Positions 1 to 9,714 are shown, counted from the first letter of the stretch. The stretch: DNA of 44,718 nt from an uncultured Flavobacteriales bacterium (GCA_937996585.1 CALKUW010000042.1:1-44718); one strand, 5' to 3'. Numbers and translations: made by a program. The notes: a model not told the origin generated them from the letters alone.

Positions 1-1131
1 CGGACTGGCCTGGTAGAAGAAGTTGGTGTGGGTTTCCACCTTGTTGTCGAAATCCCGATGGAACTGGGGGCTGAGCGAGCCGGACACCGGGGGCGTCAGC
101 CAGCTCCAATCGCCGTTCAACTTGCGGCCGGCCTTGTCTTCAATCGTGCAGAAGCGCTCGAATTGGGCACCCAACTCATGGTGGTCGCCGATGCGGATGC
201 CCGCAAGGTCAAAGCTGTGCAGCACGGCCTGGTTGACGCCAATCAGGGCCTGATCGCGCCACAGGGTGCGCTCCGATGAGGTGTCTAGGCCCATCGCTTC
301 GGCGAAGCTTGCCAGGAGTCCGTAGCGCTCCGGGTCACAAAAGTTCCGAGCGGCGATTTCGGTGCCCATGTACCAGCCGTTGAACGGGGCGCAGGGGTAT
401 GTGATGCCGCCGATGACGAGGGCCATCTCACTGATCACAGGGATGGCATACCACCGGAGTCCCATGGCATCGATGCCTGGATGATCCGGGTGCGTGATGT
501 CCACTTCGGGAAAACGTTCGGGGTGTTCGGCGAAATGGTCCACCGGGGCGCATTCCTCGTCGTCGATCCAGATCGACCAGGGCAAAGGGGTGTGCGCTGA
601 ACGGTTCCGTGGCTCCCAGCCGTTGGCGAGCATGCGCTCGGTGAATTCCGCTGAATGGGGGTCTCCCATGATGGAGCCGCCCTCTTTTGTGAAACCAGCG
701 TAACGCAGCAATTGGTGGTTCGCTAAGCGCACCTTGTCTGGCTGATCGGCCCGACCTGGTTTGCGGGGAGGAAAGACGGTGATGACACTTTGGATGGCGC
801 CTTTCTGCCAAGCCAATTCGAGGTGGTTGTCCAAAGCGGATACCACCCCTTCGTGGTCTGCGACATGCCGGCAATCCTGCACTTTGAGGGACCGCCACAT
901 GTGCCTTCCTATGCAGCGGTTGCTGGCGCGCCACGCCCATTGCACACCGAATTCAAGTTCAGCAGTGGTGTGCGTATATGTGCCGGTGCGCTCCAATTCA
1001 TCCGCAATGGCATCCAGGCGGGACTCGAGTTCTGCAGGGGCCATGGCGTAGCGGTTGTCCGACGTCATTTCCTTGAGGAAAGAGACGGCCTGCGCAAGAA
1101 TTTTCGCGTGGGCAGGAGGTTGGGAAGTCAT
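1..1131 (-). CDS. nos: Nitric oxide synthase, oxygenase domain (bacterial NOS); the 3' end runs off the window
   Basis: Absent from the ORF track because no stop codon lies in the window. My reverse-strand translation from ATG 1131 stays open to base 1 (377 codons). It begins MTSQPPAHAKILAQAV and contains the heme-thiolate motif WAWRASNRCIGRHMW, then NHQLLRYAGF, APFNGWYMGTEIAARNF, GDWSWLTPPVSGS and NFFYQASP. It is collinear with Bacillus subtilis NOS as I remember that sequence. Confidence 0.9.
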   Translation of the reverse strand, partial: MTSQPPAHAKILAQAVSFLKEMTSDNRYAMAPAELESRLDAIADELERTGTYTHTTAELEFGVQWAWRASNRCIGRHMWRSLKVQDCRHVADHEGVVSALDNHLELAWQKGAIQSVITVFPPRKPGRADQPDKVRLANHQLLRYAGFTKEGGSIMGDPHSAEFTERMLANGWEPRNRSAHTPLPWSIWIDDEECAPVDHFAEHPERFPEVDITHPDHPGIDAMGLRWYAIPVISEMALVIGGITYPCAPFNGWYMGTEIAARNFCDPERYGLLASFAEAMGLDTSSERTLWRDQALIGVNQAVLHSFDLAGIRIGDHHELGAQFERFCTIEDKAGRKLNGDWSWLTPPVSGSLSPQFHRDFDNKVETHTNFFYQASP

Positions 1132-1330
1132 GGCACGGGCAATTTAGAAGGGTGAGCAAGTCGGCGTTTGACAAGGTGGACCAACCCTTCGCTAGCGGGC
1201 GTGACTTTCATCAATCGCGGGGATGACACTCGTCAGCTTCGTAGGCGTTCGTGGTCACCGATGGAATTCTTTGGGAAAAACCCATGCCCTTTCATCCCTC
1301 TAAATCCACACTGATAAAGAGCTTTGCACC

Positions 1331-1972
1331 ATGATCGACCGTTATCTCTCCCTCGATGGCGCCATGGGCGCAGAGCTCCAACAGTCCCTCACACCCGCTG
1401 ACGCCGTGGCCCTCCTCAAGGACGGTGTCCGCCGCAGCACTTCCGGCGATGCCAGTCAACGCAGTCGGGCGGCCCTGCTAGAGGATGCCGCCGGTGGCCA
1501 GTACCCTTATGCTGCCGTGCTCTCCTGCATCGACAGCCGGGCACCGGTGGAGCACATCTTCGACGCTGCCTCGGGTGACCTCTTCGTCGCACGCGTCGCA
1601 GGCAATGTGGCTTCTCCCGACCTGATCGCCAGCCTTGAATATGCCACCAAGTATGCTGGAAGCAAAGCCATTCTCGTGCTTGGTCACACCCGGTGTGGCG
1701 CAGTGAAGGGCGCATGGGCCGGCCTCGAAGACGGCCACCTGACCGGTTTGCTCGGGCGCATCCAACCCGCCGTTACCGCCACCAAGGCGGAAGTTGGAGA
1801 GGAGGACAGCCTGCCCAACCTCGACCGCTGCTCCACGGTGAACGTCAAGGAAACGATGGCGGCATTGCGCAAGGAGAGCGCGATCCTGGCCGGTTTGGAG
1901 GCGGAAGGCAAAATTGCCATCGTCGGCGGCGTCTATGACGTCGCTACGGGCGAGGTGGCCTGGGTCGACTGA
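1331..1972 (+). CDS. Beta-class carbonic anhydrase
   Basis: 213 aa ORF. The zinc-ligand motifs SCIDSR and LGHTRCGAV are in the typical beta-CA spacing, with FVARVAGN between them. Confidence 0.88.
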   Translation: MIDRYLSLDGAMGAELQQSLTPADAVALLKDGVRRSTSGDASQRSRAALLEDAAGGQYPYAAVLSCIDSRAPVEHIFDAASGDLFVARVAGNVASPDLIASLEYATKYAGSKAILVLGHTRCGAVKGAWAGLEDGHLTGLLGRIQPAVTATKAEVGEEDSLPNLDRCSTVNVKETMAALRKESAILAGLEAEGKIAIVGGVYDVATGEVAWVD

Positions 1973-1993
1973 GCAGATTGCCCCTCGACAACC

Positions 1994-3424
1994 TCAGCGC
2001 ACCAGCTTGAAGGTCTTTTGGCCTTCGGGGGTGCGCACTTGAAGGATCAACGCGCCCGTTCGCTGGGACCGGATCATCCCATCCTGGGACGTTCCGGCAT
2101 CCACCAGTCTTCCCGTCATGTCGGACAGGCGCCACTCAACGGGCGCTGATGTGCCTGTGATTTGCCAGCCACCGACACAGGGCTTGCAGCTCCAGTCAGG
2201 CTTTGCAAGTGAAGCTGTGCTGGAGGTTGTGATGGTGCCTTGCTTGTAAAGGATGGCGTTGTCGGACGGCCGTTGGAAGACGAGGTGCACGGTGTTGCCT
2301 TCGATGCGGATGACGGGGCGCCGGCTGTGTCCGGACAGTTCCTCGGTGGCAGAAAAGGCCTGCGAGGACCACTGTGCCATGCCGGCCGCGTCATTCGACC
2401 CCACGGCCGTCATGACCTGATATCCTCCATCGCTGCGTTCCCAGGCGACCACACTGAAGTCGCCATCTGCGTCGATGGAGGGGTTGTTTTCCGTGACATC
2501 AACGTCTGGTGCGATGCGGTCCGTCCCTGTCAGTTCCCATGCATCCGCATCCACGGTGCTCCAGTAGGTGCGGGCGCCACCCTGTGCAGCGGACATGTAT
2601 ACCATGGCCACGCTTCCGTCACCCAGAAGGGCGACCTCCGCTTCCGAGGCCGGACAGGAATTGATGTTCCAATCCGTTTCATCCACGTCGAGTGACTCGG
2701 ACCAGTTGCCCGCGCCATCCGTTCGGGCGAGGTGGAAATCCCGGATATTCGCGTTGTTGTTGCGCACGAGGTTGTAGCGCTGGCCCTCCCGCATGAAGGG
2801 CATGGAGGCGCAGCATTCGCAGACGGCATTTCCGGGGAATACAGCGCCTGCATCGACGGCAGGGGAGAAGCTCTCGGTGGTCGGATTCCAATACAGTACG
2901 CCTTCGAGGGCCGGTGCGTCGCCCCATTTCACCGCCACCCAAGGATGGCCTTCCGCGTCGAAGGCGGGCACCGGCATGAAGTGGTCCTCCGTGGCTTCCG
3001 GCGCGATGGATATGGGGTCGCCCCAGGTGGTACCGCCATCCTCGGAGATGACGACCCTTCCTCCGGTCGCCCACTGCCCTGAAATCTGGTAGCCCACAGC
3101 CACCTTGTTGCCCTGCATGGCCATACGCGGCCCCTCAGGATCGTTGATGAAGAGGCCCGTTTCATCCGTGACCGCCACAGGATTCGAGAAGCTGCTGCCC
3201 GTCCAACGGGTGCAGTAGAGCCCGCCGCTGCTGCCGGATTTGCCATGAAGGATGACAGGGTGGCCATCCGCGTCGAGCTCCATGCGTAGGTTGAGGTACC
3301 CATGTTCCGCAGCCGAGATGGAGGCTTCTGTTTCCCATTGGATGATGGGGACCTGTCCGTGTAGCGTTGGCAGGTTCAGTACCAGTGCAACCAACAAGGG
3401 AGGAAAGGCGGGAAGTGACTTCAT
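1994..3424 (-). CDS. Secreted BNR/sialidase-like beta-propeller protein with a T9SS C-terminal sorting domain
   Basis: ORF 1994..3463. The preferred start is ATG 3424, which gives the signal peptide MKSLPAFPPLLVALVLNLPTLHGQ. There is one Asp-box (SEDGGTTW). The C-terminal ~70 aa, ending LILQVRTPEGQKTFKLVR, resemble a T9SS sorting domain. Confidence 0.7.
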   Translation of the reverse strand: MKSLPAFPPLLVALVLNLPTLHGQVPIIQWETEASISAAEHGYLNLRMELDADGHPVILHGKSGSSGGLYCTRWTGSSFSNPVAVTDETGLFINDPEGPRMAMQGNKVAVGYQISGQWATGGRVVISEDGGTTWGDPISIAPEATEDHFMPVPAFDAEGHPWVAVKWGDAPALEGVLYWNPTTESFSPAVDAGAVFPGNAVCECCASMPFMREGQRYNLVRNNNANIRDFHLARTDGAGNWSESLDVDETDWNINSCPASEAEVALLGDGSVAMVYMSAAQGGARTYWSTVDADAWELTGTDRIAPDVDVTENNPSIDADGDFSVVAWERSDGGYQVMTAVGSNDAAGMAQWSSQAFSATEELSGHSRRPVIRIEGNTVHLVFQRPSDNAILYKQGTITTSSTASLAKPDWSCKPCVGGWQITGTSAPVEWRLSDMTGRLVDAGTSQDGMIRSQRTGALILQVRTPEGQKTFKLVR

Positions 3425-3468
3425 GGACGCAATGTAGAAAGCCGGTTGGAGAGGTAAATTCAAGGCTG

Positions 3469-6357
3469 ATGCGTGCCACAGGTTTGCCCCCTTTGTTTTG
3501 CGTGGCTGTGCTGGCCATGCTGTCCTCAGCGATGCAAATTGTTTGCGGTCAAGTCACACCGTCCTCTTGGCAGGCAGAGTCTACTTTCTACGAGATTTTC
3601 GTTCGGTCCTTCAAGGACAGCGATGGAGACGGCATAGGGGACTTTCAGGGCATCCTGTCCCAACTGGACTACCTCAACGATGGCGATTCCACCACCACGG
3701 ATGACCTCGGTGTGACCGGCATCTGGCTCATGCCCATCAATCCCTCTCCGTCCTACCATGGTTACGATGTGACGGACTATTTCGCGGTCAACCCCGAATA
3801 CGGCACCCTGTCCGACTTCCAGGACCTGCTCGATGCTTGCCACACCCGCGGGATTCGGGTCATCGTCGATTTCGTCGGCAACCACAGCTCCAACCAGCAT
3901 CCGCGTTTCGTCGCCTCTGCATCCTCACCGTCCGACCCCTACCGCGACTGGTACGTCTGGTCGGACACCAATCCCGGCGGTGACTGGCATTGGGGCGGCA
4001 ATGGCTGGTATTACGGCCTCTTCTGGAGCGGTATGCCCGACTGGAATGTGCAGAATGCCGCGGTGGTGGATTACCACTATGACATCGTCGACCATTGGCT
4101 CGCCATGGGGGTGGATGGTTTCCGGTTCGATGCGGTGAAGCACCTGGTCAACGAGGGCGGTACCTATGAGAACCACCCGGGCACCTTTGAGTACCTCGAG
4201 GCTTTCCGAAACCACTACCTCGCCGTGAACCCTGAGGCCATCTGTGTCGGCGAGGCCTGGACCGGCTCGGACGTCATTGCCCAATACGGTCCGCCCCATC
4301 AGGATATGTGCTTTGAATTCGGCCTGTCCGGAGGCATCATCTCCTCGGTGAATGGGGGTGACGGGGTGGCCTTCCGAGGTGCCCTTGACTATGTGCTCGA
4401 CGTCCACCAGGCCGGGGCCTATGCTCCGTTCCTCTCCAACCATGACCAAGACCGTGTGATGAGCCAGCTCGGTGGAGATGCAGACAAAGCCAAGTTGGCT
4501 GCTGCCGTGCTGCTCACGTTGCCGGGAACCCCTTTTCTGTACTATGGTGAGGAAATCGGCATGACAGGAGCGGGATCCCATCCTGTCGTGCGCACGCCCA
4601 TGCAGTGGGAAGCGGGTTTCCAGGGGGGCTTCACCACAGGAACGCCCTGGTCGGGGGTGCAACCGGACGTCGATGCGGTCAATGTGACCGACCAGGACAG
4701 CGACGCGTCGTCCTTGTTGTCCACCTACCGCGAGTTCATTCACCTGCGGAATGCGGAGCCCGCCCTGCAACGGGGCGAAACCATCACGTGGGATACCGGC
4801 TCGGGAGAGGTGGTGGCCTGTTTGCGGACCCTCGGCGATCAGCGGGTTCTGGTGGTCCACAACTTCAGCGTCTCATCCCAGGGCAGTGTTGTGCTTGTGC
4901 CATCTGCCCTTTGCGACGGCACCTACAGCATCAGCGACCTGCGGTCGGGGGCGGACCTCGGGCAGGCCACGCTCACGGTCGGCAGCCCCTGGAGTCTGCC
5001 CCTGTCGATGGGGCCACGTTCTACCGCAGTCCTTCGGCTCACCGGTGGGACTGCGGGGTCGTGCACGGTGCCGCTCACGGTTTCCGTGGACCAGTATCCC
5101 GCGGCGCCATTGGGGCTTGGGCATCTGCGTTACCGGGTGGACGGTGGCGACGAGCAGGTGGTCCAGATGGATGCCGATGGGGCGCCCGGCTGGTTCAGTA
5201 AGACCCTGCAGGTGCCGGAGGGCAGCACGGTCCAATGGCGCTTTCAATCCAGCCAGGTGCCGGCTGACGTGGAGGAAGTACCGGAGGGCTGCGGAAGCGA
5301 CCAGGGTCTGGGCCTGCTCGAACGCACGACACAGGTCGGGTCGACCCCGGTGGAAGTGGAGCGCGTGTGTTTCGGGGGATGCGCCCCATGCAGTTATCCT
5401 GCCCAGCAGGTCACGCTGATGGTTGACCTCGGAGACCTCACACCCCACCCCGATGGGGTGCACGTCGCCGGCAGTTTCCAGGGCTGGGACCCTGCCGGAA
5501 CGCCAATGATGGATGAGGGTGGAGGCGTTTATTCCCAAACCCTGACATTGGACGTGGGAGAGACCATTCTCTACAAGTTCATCAATGGGGCCGCCTGGGG
5601 CGGTTTGGAGGAAATCGACCTGGAAGATTGCGGTGTTCCCAATGGGATCGGAGGGTGGAACCGCAGCCTGACCGTCATGCCCTACACCGGCGTGCTTCCC
5701 GCCGTGTGCTTCGAGGAATGTGCCCCCTGCACGACTCCGCCCGGCCAGGTGTTGACCACCTTCAGCGTGGACATGTCGTTGTCAGCGGAGGCGAATGGCG
5801 GCCTCCAACTCGAGTGGAACCATCCCGACAGCACCTTGGTCCCGATGGAATACAACCTCAATGGCATCTGGACGGCGGTCACCCATCCGCTCGAGGGGCA
5901 ATTCGTGGAGTACCGTTTCGTGAATGGGACCGAGGTTGAGTGGCTGCCGGATGGCTGTGCCGGAGGAGCGCCGGGGTGGCGCGGCCACATCGTAGGCACG
6001 GAATTCGGCGAGGTCTTCTTTCCGTGCTTCGGGGCTTGCCTCCCCTGTTCTTTACTGGGCGGTTGCACTTACACTGCAGCGTTGAATTACAGCACGGATG
6101 CCCTATTCGACGATGGCTCCTGTACGTATGCCGGATGCACGGATCCTGCGGCATTGAATTTCCACCCGGCCATCACGGTGAACGATGGTACCTGCATTTA
6201 CCCCGGTGTACAATGCGGTTCGGGAACGGTCCTCGATGCGTTCGGGCAATGCATCCCGGATCCCGATTGTGTGGAGGACATCAATGGAGATGGTCAGGTG
6301 GGGGTGGCCGACATCCTGTTGCTGTTGGGATCCTTCGGGGCCATCTGCAGCCCATAA
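3469..6357 (+). CDS. GH13 alpha-amylase family enzyme with three beta-sandwich (CBM-like) modules, Cys-knot motifs and a dockerin/EF-hand-like tail
   Basis: ORF 3367..6357. The preferred start is ATG 3469 (signal peptide MRATGLPPLFCVAVLAMLSSA). The GH13 conserved regions are present: GIRVIVDFVGNHSS, GVDGFRFDAVKHL, CVGEAW and FLSNHDQDR. The C-terminal ~430 aa are non-catalytic modules. Confidence 0.9.
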   Translation: MRATGLPPLFCVAVLAMLSSAMQIVCGQVTPSSWQAESTFYEIFVRSFKDSDGDGIGDFQGILSQLDYLNDGDSTTTDDLGVTGIWLMPINPSPSYHGYDVTDYFAVNPEYGTLSDFQDLLDACHTRGIRVIVDFVGNHSSNQHPRFVASASSPSDPYRDWYVWSDTNPGGDWHWGGNGWYYGLFWSGMPDWNVQNAAVVDYHYDIVDHWLAMGVDGFRFDAVKHLVNEGGTYENHPGTFEYLEAFRNHYLAVNPEAICVGEAWTGSDVIAQYGPPHQDMCFEFGLSGGIISSVNGGDGVAFRGALDYVLDVHQAGAYAPFLSNHDQDRVMSQLGGDADKAKLAAAVLLTLPGTPFLYYGEEIGMTGAGSHPVVRTPMQWEAGFQGGFTTGTPWSGVQPDVDAVNVTDQDSDASSLLSTYREFIHLRNAEPALQRGETITWDTGSGEVVACLRTLGDQRVLVVHNFSVSSQGSVVLVPSALCDGTYSISDLRSGADLGQATLTVGSPWSLPLSMGPRSTAVLRLTGGTAGSCTVPLTVSVDQYPAAPLGLGHLRYRVDGGDEQVVQMDADGAPGWFSKTLQVPEGSTVQWRFQSSQVPADVEEVPEGCGSDQGLGLLERTTQVGSTPVEVERVCFGGCAPCSYPAQQVTLMVDLGDLTPHPDGVHVAGSFQGWDPAGTPMMDEGGGVYSQTLTLDVGETILYKFINGAAWGGLEEIDLEDCGVPNGIGGWNRSLTVMPYTGVLPAVCFEECAPCTTPPGQVLTTFSVDMSLSAEANGGLQLEWNHPDSTLVPMEYNLNGIWTAVTHPLEGQFVEYRFVNGTEVEWLPDGCAGGAPGWRGHIVGTEFGEVFFPCFGACLPCSLLGGCTYTAALNYSTDALFDDGSCTYAGCTDPAALNFHPAITVNDGTCIYPGVQCGSGTVLDAFGQCIPDPDCVEDINGDGQVGVADILLLLGSFGAICSP

Positions 6358-6381
6358 GCCTCCTTTTCGTTATTTGGAGAC

Positions 6382-7311
6382 ATGAACAAGCACGTGGTTC
6401 CCGGCCTGCTGCTGCTGGGCTTTTTCCTTCTTCCATTCTCTTTGTCCTCCCAAACGCTGACCTGCGCCGAAGTGCAGGGCGAGGCGGACGTCAGCCCTTA
6501 CGAGGGGCAGGAAGTGACCGTCTCAGGCAAGGTCACCGTCTATCAAGGGGATACATGGTACATCCAAGACGACTACGGCGCCTGGAATGGACTGTATTGT
6601 GTGGGGCCTGACGTACTCATCGAGCCCAATCCGCCATGGTGGAGTGAGCCGCGCCAGCCGGAAGTCGGCGATGTGCTGGAGTTGACCGGTACCATCATCG
6701 AGCAGGACGGCAACACCCAACTCGTTGACATCACGTCCTTCGTCTTTTTCGATTTCTGGAACGCTACCGCAGCGGGTGTCGGGGTGACGGTGGAGGAGAT
6801 GATGGACGAAAGCCTCGAAGGGACGCGCGTGCGGCTCGACCCCGTCACCGTGATGACCGCTCCTGACGCTTCGGGCATGTGGACGGTCTCCGATGCCACC
6901 GGCTCCGCAATCATCCTGGGGGTGGATGAGGATGACCCTTCAGAAAATGAGGACGCCGACGGCCCCACGCCCGGCGATGTGTACCGCGTCTACGGAGCTC
7001 TGAGACAGATCGGCGAGGACTACATCATCGACCTCAGTGACATCGACACGCTGTCCCTCGTGGTCGGGGTGGCCGATGAGGTGCAGCTGGAATGGAGCCT
7101 TTCGCCGAATCCCGCGGTGGGGTGGACGCGTGTCAATGGCATTGAAGGTCCGTGCGATTGGGTCCTGTTTGACACCATGGGGCGCCCGGTTCGAGCAGGA
7201 CGGGCGACGGGCAGCTTCACACTGCCCCTCGATGGCCTGGCAACGGGTCGGTATGCCTTGACCGTGGATGGCGGCAAAGGACCACAGCGGAAGTCGCTGG
7301 TGGTCCGCTGA
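6382..7311 (+). CDS. Secreted OB-fold-like protein (resembles the N-terminal module of ExeM/NucH extracellular nucleases) with a T9SS sorting domain
   Basis: It has a signal peptide (MNKHVVPGLLLLGFFLLPFSLSSQ). CAEVQGEADVSPYEGQEVTVSGKVTVY resembles the IQG..SP..G..V.v.G.VT motif of ExeM/NucH N-termini. No nuclease catalytic domain is visible. The C-terminus LSPNPAVGW...GRYALTVDGGKGPQRKSLVVR looks like a T9SS CTD. Confidence 0.6.
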   Translation: MNKHVVPGLLLLGFFLLPFSLSSQTLTCAEVQGEADVSPYEGQEVTVSGKVTVYQGDTWYIQDDYGAWNGLYCVGPDVLIEPNPPWWSEPRQPEVGDVLELTGTIIEQDGNTQLVDITSFVFFDFWNATAAGVGVTVEEMMDESLEGTRVRLDPVTVMTAPDASGMWTVSDATGSAIILGVDEDDPSENEDADGPTPGDVYRVYGALRQIGEDYIIDLSDIDTLSLVVGVADEVQLEWSLSPNPAVGWTRVNGIEGPCDWVLFDTMGRPVRAGRATGSFTLPLDGLATGRYALTVDGGKGPQRKSLVVR

Positions 7312-7350
7312 CCATGTGGGCGGCCCGGATCGACCACCAACCTGGGGTCT

Positions 7351-9714
7351 TCAGTCGTCGAGGGACTCGATGTAGTCCTGGTTGTCCCGGTCGCGCTGCA
7401 TGGGGTTCCGCGATTGGCGGTTGTATCCGCGGGTAGCATTGTTGTAGAGGTCGATGCGCGTCGGACGCACGTTGCGCGGCCACGCATTGTTCGTCAGGTC
7501 GGTATCGGCGAGCTCCAGGAACGGATCGAGCACGATGCGCGTGGCCTCCTTCGGGGTCACGAAGACCTTGGTGACCTCCTTGCTGCCCTTGCGCCAGATT
7601 TCGGCCGGCACGCGACGCACGTCGGTGGTACCGTCGGTGTAGGTGAATTCGACGACCAACGGCATCACCAGTCCCCCGATGTTCTCGAAGGTGAGCTGGT
7701 AGAAGTGCTTGCCGGAGGACAGCATGGCGAGCTCGTCCTCGTCGAGGGCCGCCACGTAGTCCTGGTATTCGCTGCGCTCGATCTCCATCACGGCGTAAGG
7801 GTCGACCGTGGTGTAGTGGTCGTTCAGTTCCGGGCGGGCCTCGAGGCGGCTCTCGGGGATGTACTCCTCGTCGCGGACGAGGGCGATGTCTACGGGCTCG
7901 GCGTCCTTCTCGGCCTTGGCCAGCGGCTTCTCGACGTCGGGGTCACCGGTCGAGATCTGGTACCACTGGATGTCGGACAGGGCGAGGTCCACGTGATCGT
8001 TGGTGTAGAACCACCCGCGCCAGAACCAGTCAAGGTCCACACTGGAGGCGTCCTCCATCGTCCGGAAGAGGTCAGCCGGAGTCGGCCGCTTGAAGGCCCA
8101 ACGGCGTCCGTACTCCTTGAAGGCGAAGTCGAAGAGCTCCCGGCCCATGACGGTCTCCCGGAGGATGTTGAGGGCGGTGGCCGGCTTGCCATAGGCATTG
8201 GGGCCGAACTGGAAGATGCTCTCCGAGTTGGTCATGATGGGGGAGATTCGCTTGGGGTCTCCGCCCATGTAGCCTGTGATTTTTCGGGCCGGTCCGCGGC
8301 GGGTGGGGTAGTTCCGATCGAACTCCTTTTCGGCGAGGTACTGTACGAAGGTGTTCAGGCCCTCGTCCATCCACGTCCACTGGCGCTCATCGGAATTGAT
8401 GATCATCGGGTAGAAGTTGTGACCGACCTCGTGGATGATCACGGAAATCATGCCGTGCTTGGTGCGGGCGCTGTAGGTGCCGTCGGGCTCCGGCCGCCCG
8501 CCATTGAAGCAGATCATCGGGTATTCCATACCGATCCACTTGGTGTGGACGCTGATGGCGACGGGGTAGGGGTACTCACAGGCGAATTCGCTGTAGGTCA
8601 GTAGCGTCTGGGCCACGGCTTCCGTGCTGTACTGCTCCCAGAGCGGATTGCCCTCCTTCGGATAGTAGCTCATGGCCAGCGGCGTGCTGTTCTCCAGCTC
8701 GACGGCCATGGCGTCCCAGATGAACTTCCGGCTGGAGGCCCATGCGAAGTCGCGCACATTCTCGGCCTTGAACCGCCAGGTGGCCAATCCCTTCTCCTTG
8801 GTCTTCTCATTCTCCCGGGCTTCCTCCTCGGTGACGATGAGTACCGGCTTGTCCGAGGCCTTGGCCTGCTCGAGGCGGCTGCGCTGCTCCGCGGTCAGCA
8901 CTTCCTTGGGGTTCTGCAGCACACCTGTGGAGGCCACCACGTGGTCACTCGGCACCGTGATGCTCACATCGTAATCACCGAACTCGAGCGTGAACTCGCC
9001 GCTGCCCAGGAACTGCTTGTTCTGCCAGCCCATGCGGTCGTAGTAGGCACAGAGGCGAGGGAAGAATTGGGCGATGGTGTAGAGGTAATTGTCCTCGTCC
9101 TCGAAATACTCGTAGCCGCTGCGGCCGCCGTCCTTCATGCGGTCGTTGATGTTGTACCACCAATCGACCTGGAAGGTGAATTTCCCGCCGGGCGCAAGGG
9201 GTTTGGGGAGGTCCACCCGCATCATCGTCTGGTTGATGGTGTGGGCCAGGGCCTTGCCACCGGCATCCTTGACCGCCTCGATCTTGAATCCGCCATCGAA
9301 GTCCGGTTCCAGATCCGCTACGCGGTCGAAGGTCATGCGGTCCTCCATGAAGCCCTCGCGGATCATGTGGCTGTCGCTGTCCAGGTCACGCACGTTCTGG
9401 TCGAGCTGGAGCCAGAGGTAGCGCAATTCGTCCGGGCTGTTGTTGATGTAGGTGATGGTCTCCTTGCCATCGATGCGCTGGGTCCCGTCGTCGAGCCGGA
9501 TATCCATGACATAGTCGACCTGCTGCTGCCAGTAGGCATGTCCGGGGGCACCGCTGGCCGTGCGCACACTGTTGGGCGTGGGCAGGACGTCATACAGTTG
9601 ACGGAAAGGGTTGTCGTTGGTGTTGCCCTCCAATTGGGCCTGGCTGACAAAAGGAACCATGGTCAGCACGGCAAGGGCGAGGCTGACGCGGTTGCGGATG
9701 AGGGATGCGGTCAT
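7351..9714 (-). CDS. M1-family zinc metallopeptidase (aminopeptidase N-like), secreted
   Basis: 787 aa with a signal peptide. It carries the gluzincin motif HEVGHNFYPMIINSDERQWTWMDEGLNTF (HExxH plus a distal E). Confidence 0.88.
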   Translation of the reverse strand: MTASLIRNRVSLALAVLTMVPFVSQAQLEGNTNDNPFRQLYDVLPTPNSVRTASGAPGHAYWQQQVDYVMDIRLDDGTQRIDGKETITYINNSPDELRYLWLQLDQNVRDLDSDSHMIREGFMEDRMTFDRVADLEPDFDGGFKIEAVKDAGGKALAHTINQTMMRVDLPKPLAPGGKFTFQVDWWYNINDRMKDGGRSGYEYFEDEDNYLYTIAQFFPRLCAYYDRMGWQNKQFLGSGEFTLEFGDYDVSITVPSDHVVASTGVLQNPKEVLTAEQRSRLEQAKASDKPVLIVTEEEARENEKTKEKGLATWRFKAENVRDFAWASSRKFIWDAMAVELENSTPLAMSYYPKEGNPLWEQYSTEAVAQTLLTYSEFACEYPYPVAISVHTKWIGMEYPMICFNGGRPEPDGTYSARTKHGMISVIIHEVGHNFYPMIINSDERQWTWMDEGLNTFVQYLAEKEFDRNYPTRRGPARKITGYMGGDPKRISPIMTNSESIFQFGPNAYGKPATALNILRETVMGRELFDFAFKEYGRRWAFKRPTPADLFRTMEDASSVDLDWFWRGWFYTNDHVDLALSDIQWYQISTGDPDVEKPLAKAEKDAEPVDIALVRDEEYIPESRLEARPELNDHYTTVDPYAVMEIERSEYQDYVAALDEDELAMLSSGKHFYQLTFENIGGLVMPLVVEFTYTDGTTDVRRVPAEIWRKGSKEVTKVFVTPKEATRIVLDPFLELADTDLTNNAWPRNVRPTRIDLYNNATRGYNRQSRNPMQRDRDNQDYIESLDD

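Noticed and set aside
428-1155. Track ORFs 428..940 (-), 494..703 (+), 761..1051 (+) and 790..1155 (+).
   Set aside because: All lie within or opposite the NOS reading frame, which is the only frame here with recognisable conserved motifs.
3925-4860. A 311-aa minus-strand ORF inside the amylase gene.
   Set aside because: It is antisense to the GH13 catalytic domain, whose four conserved regions are clear on the plus strand.
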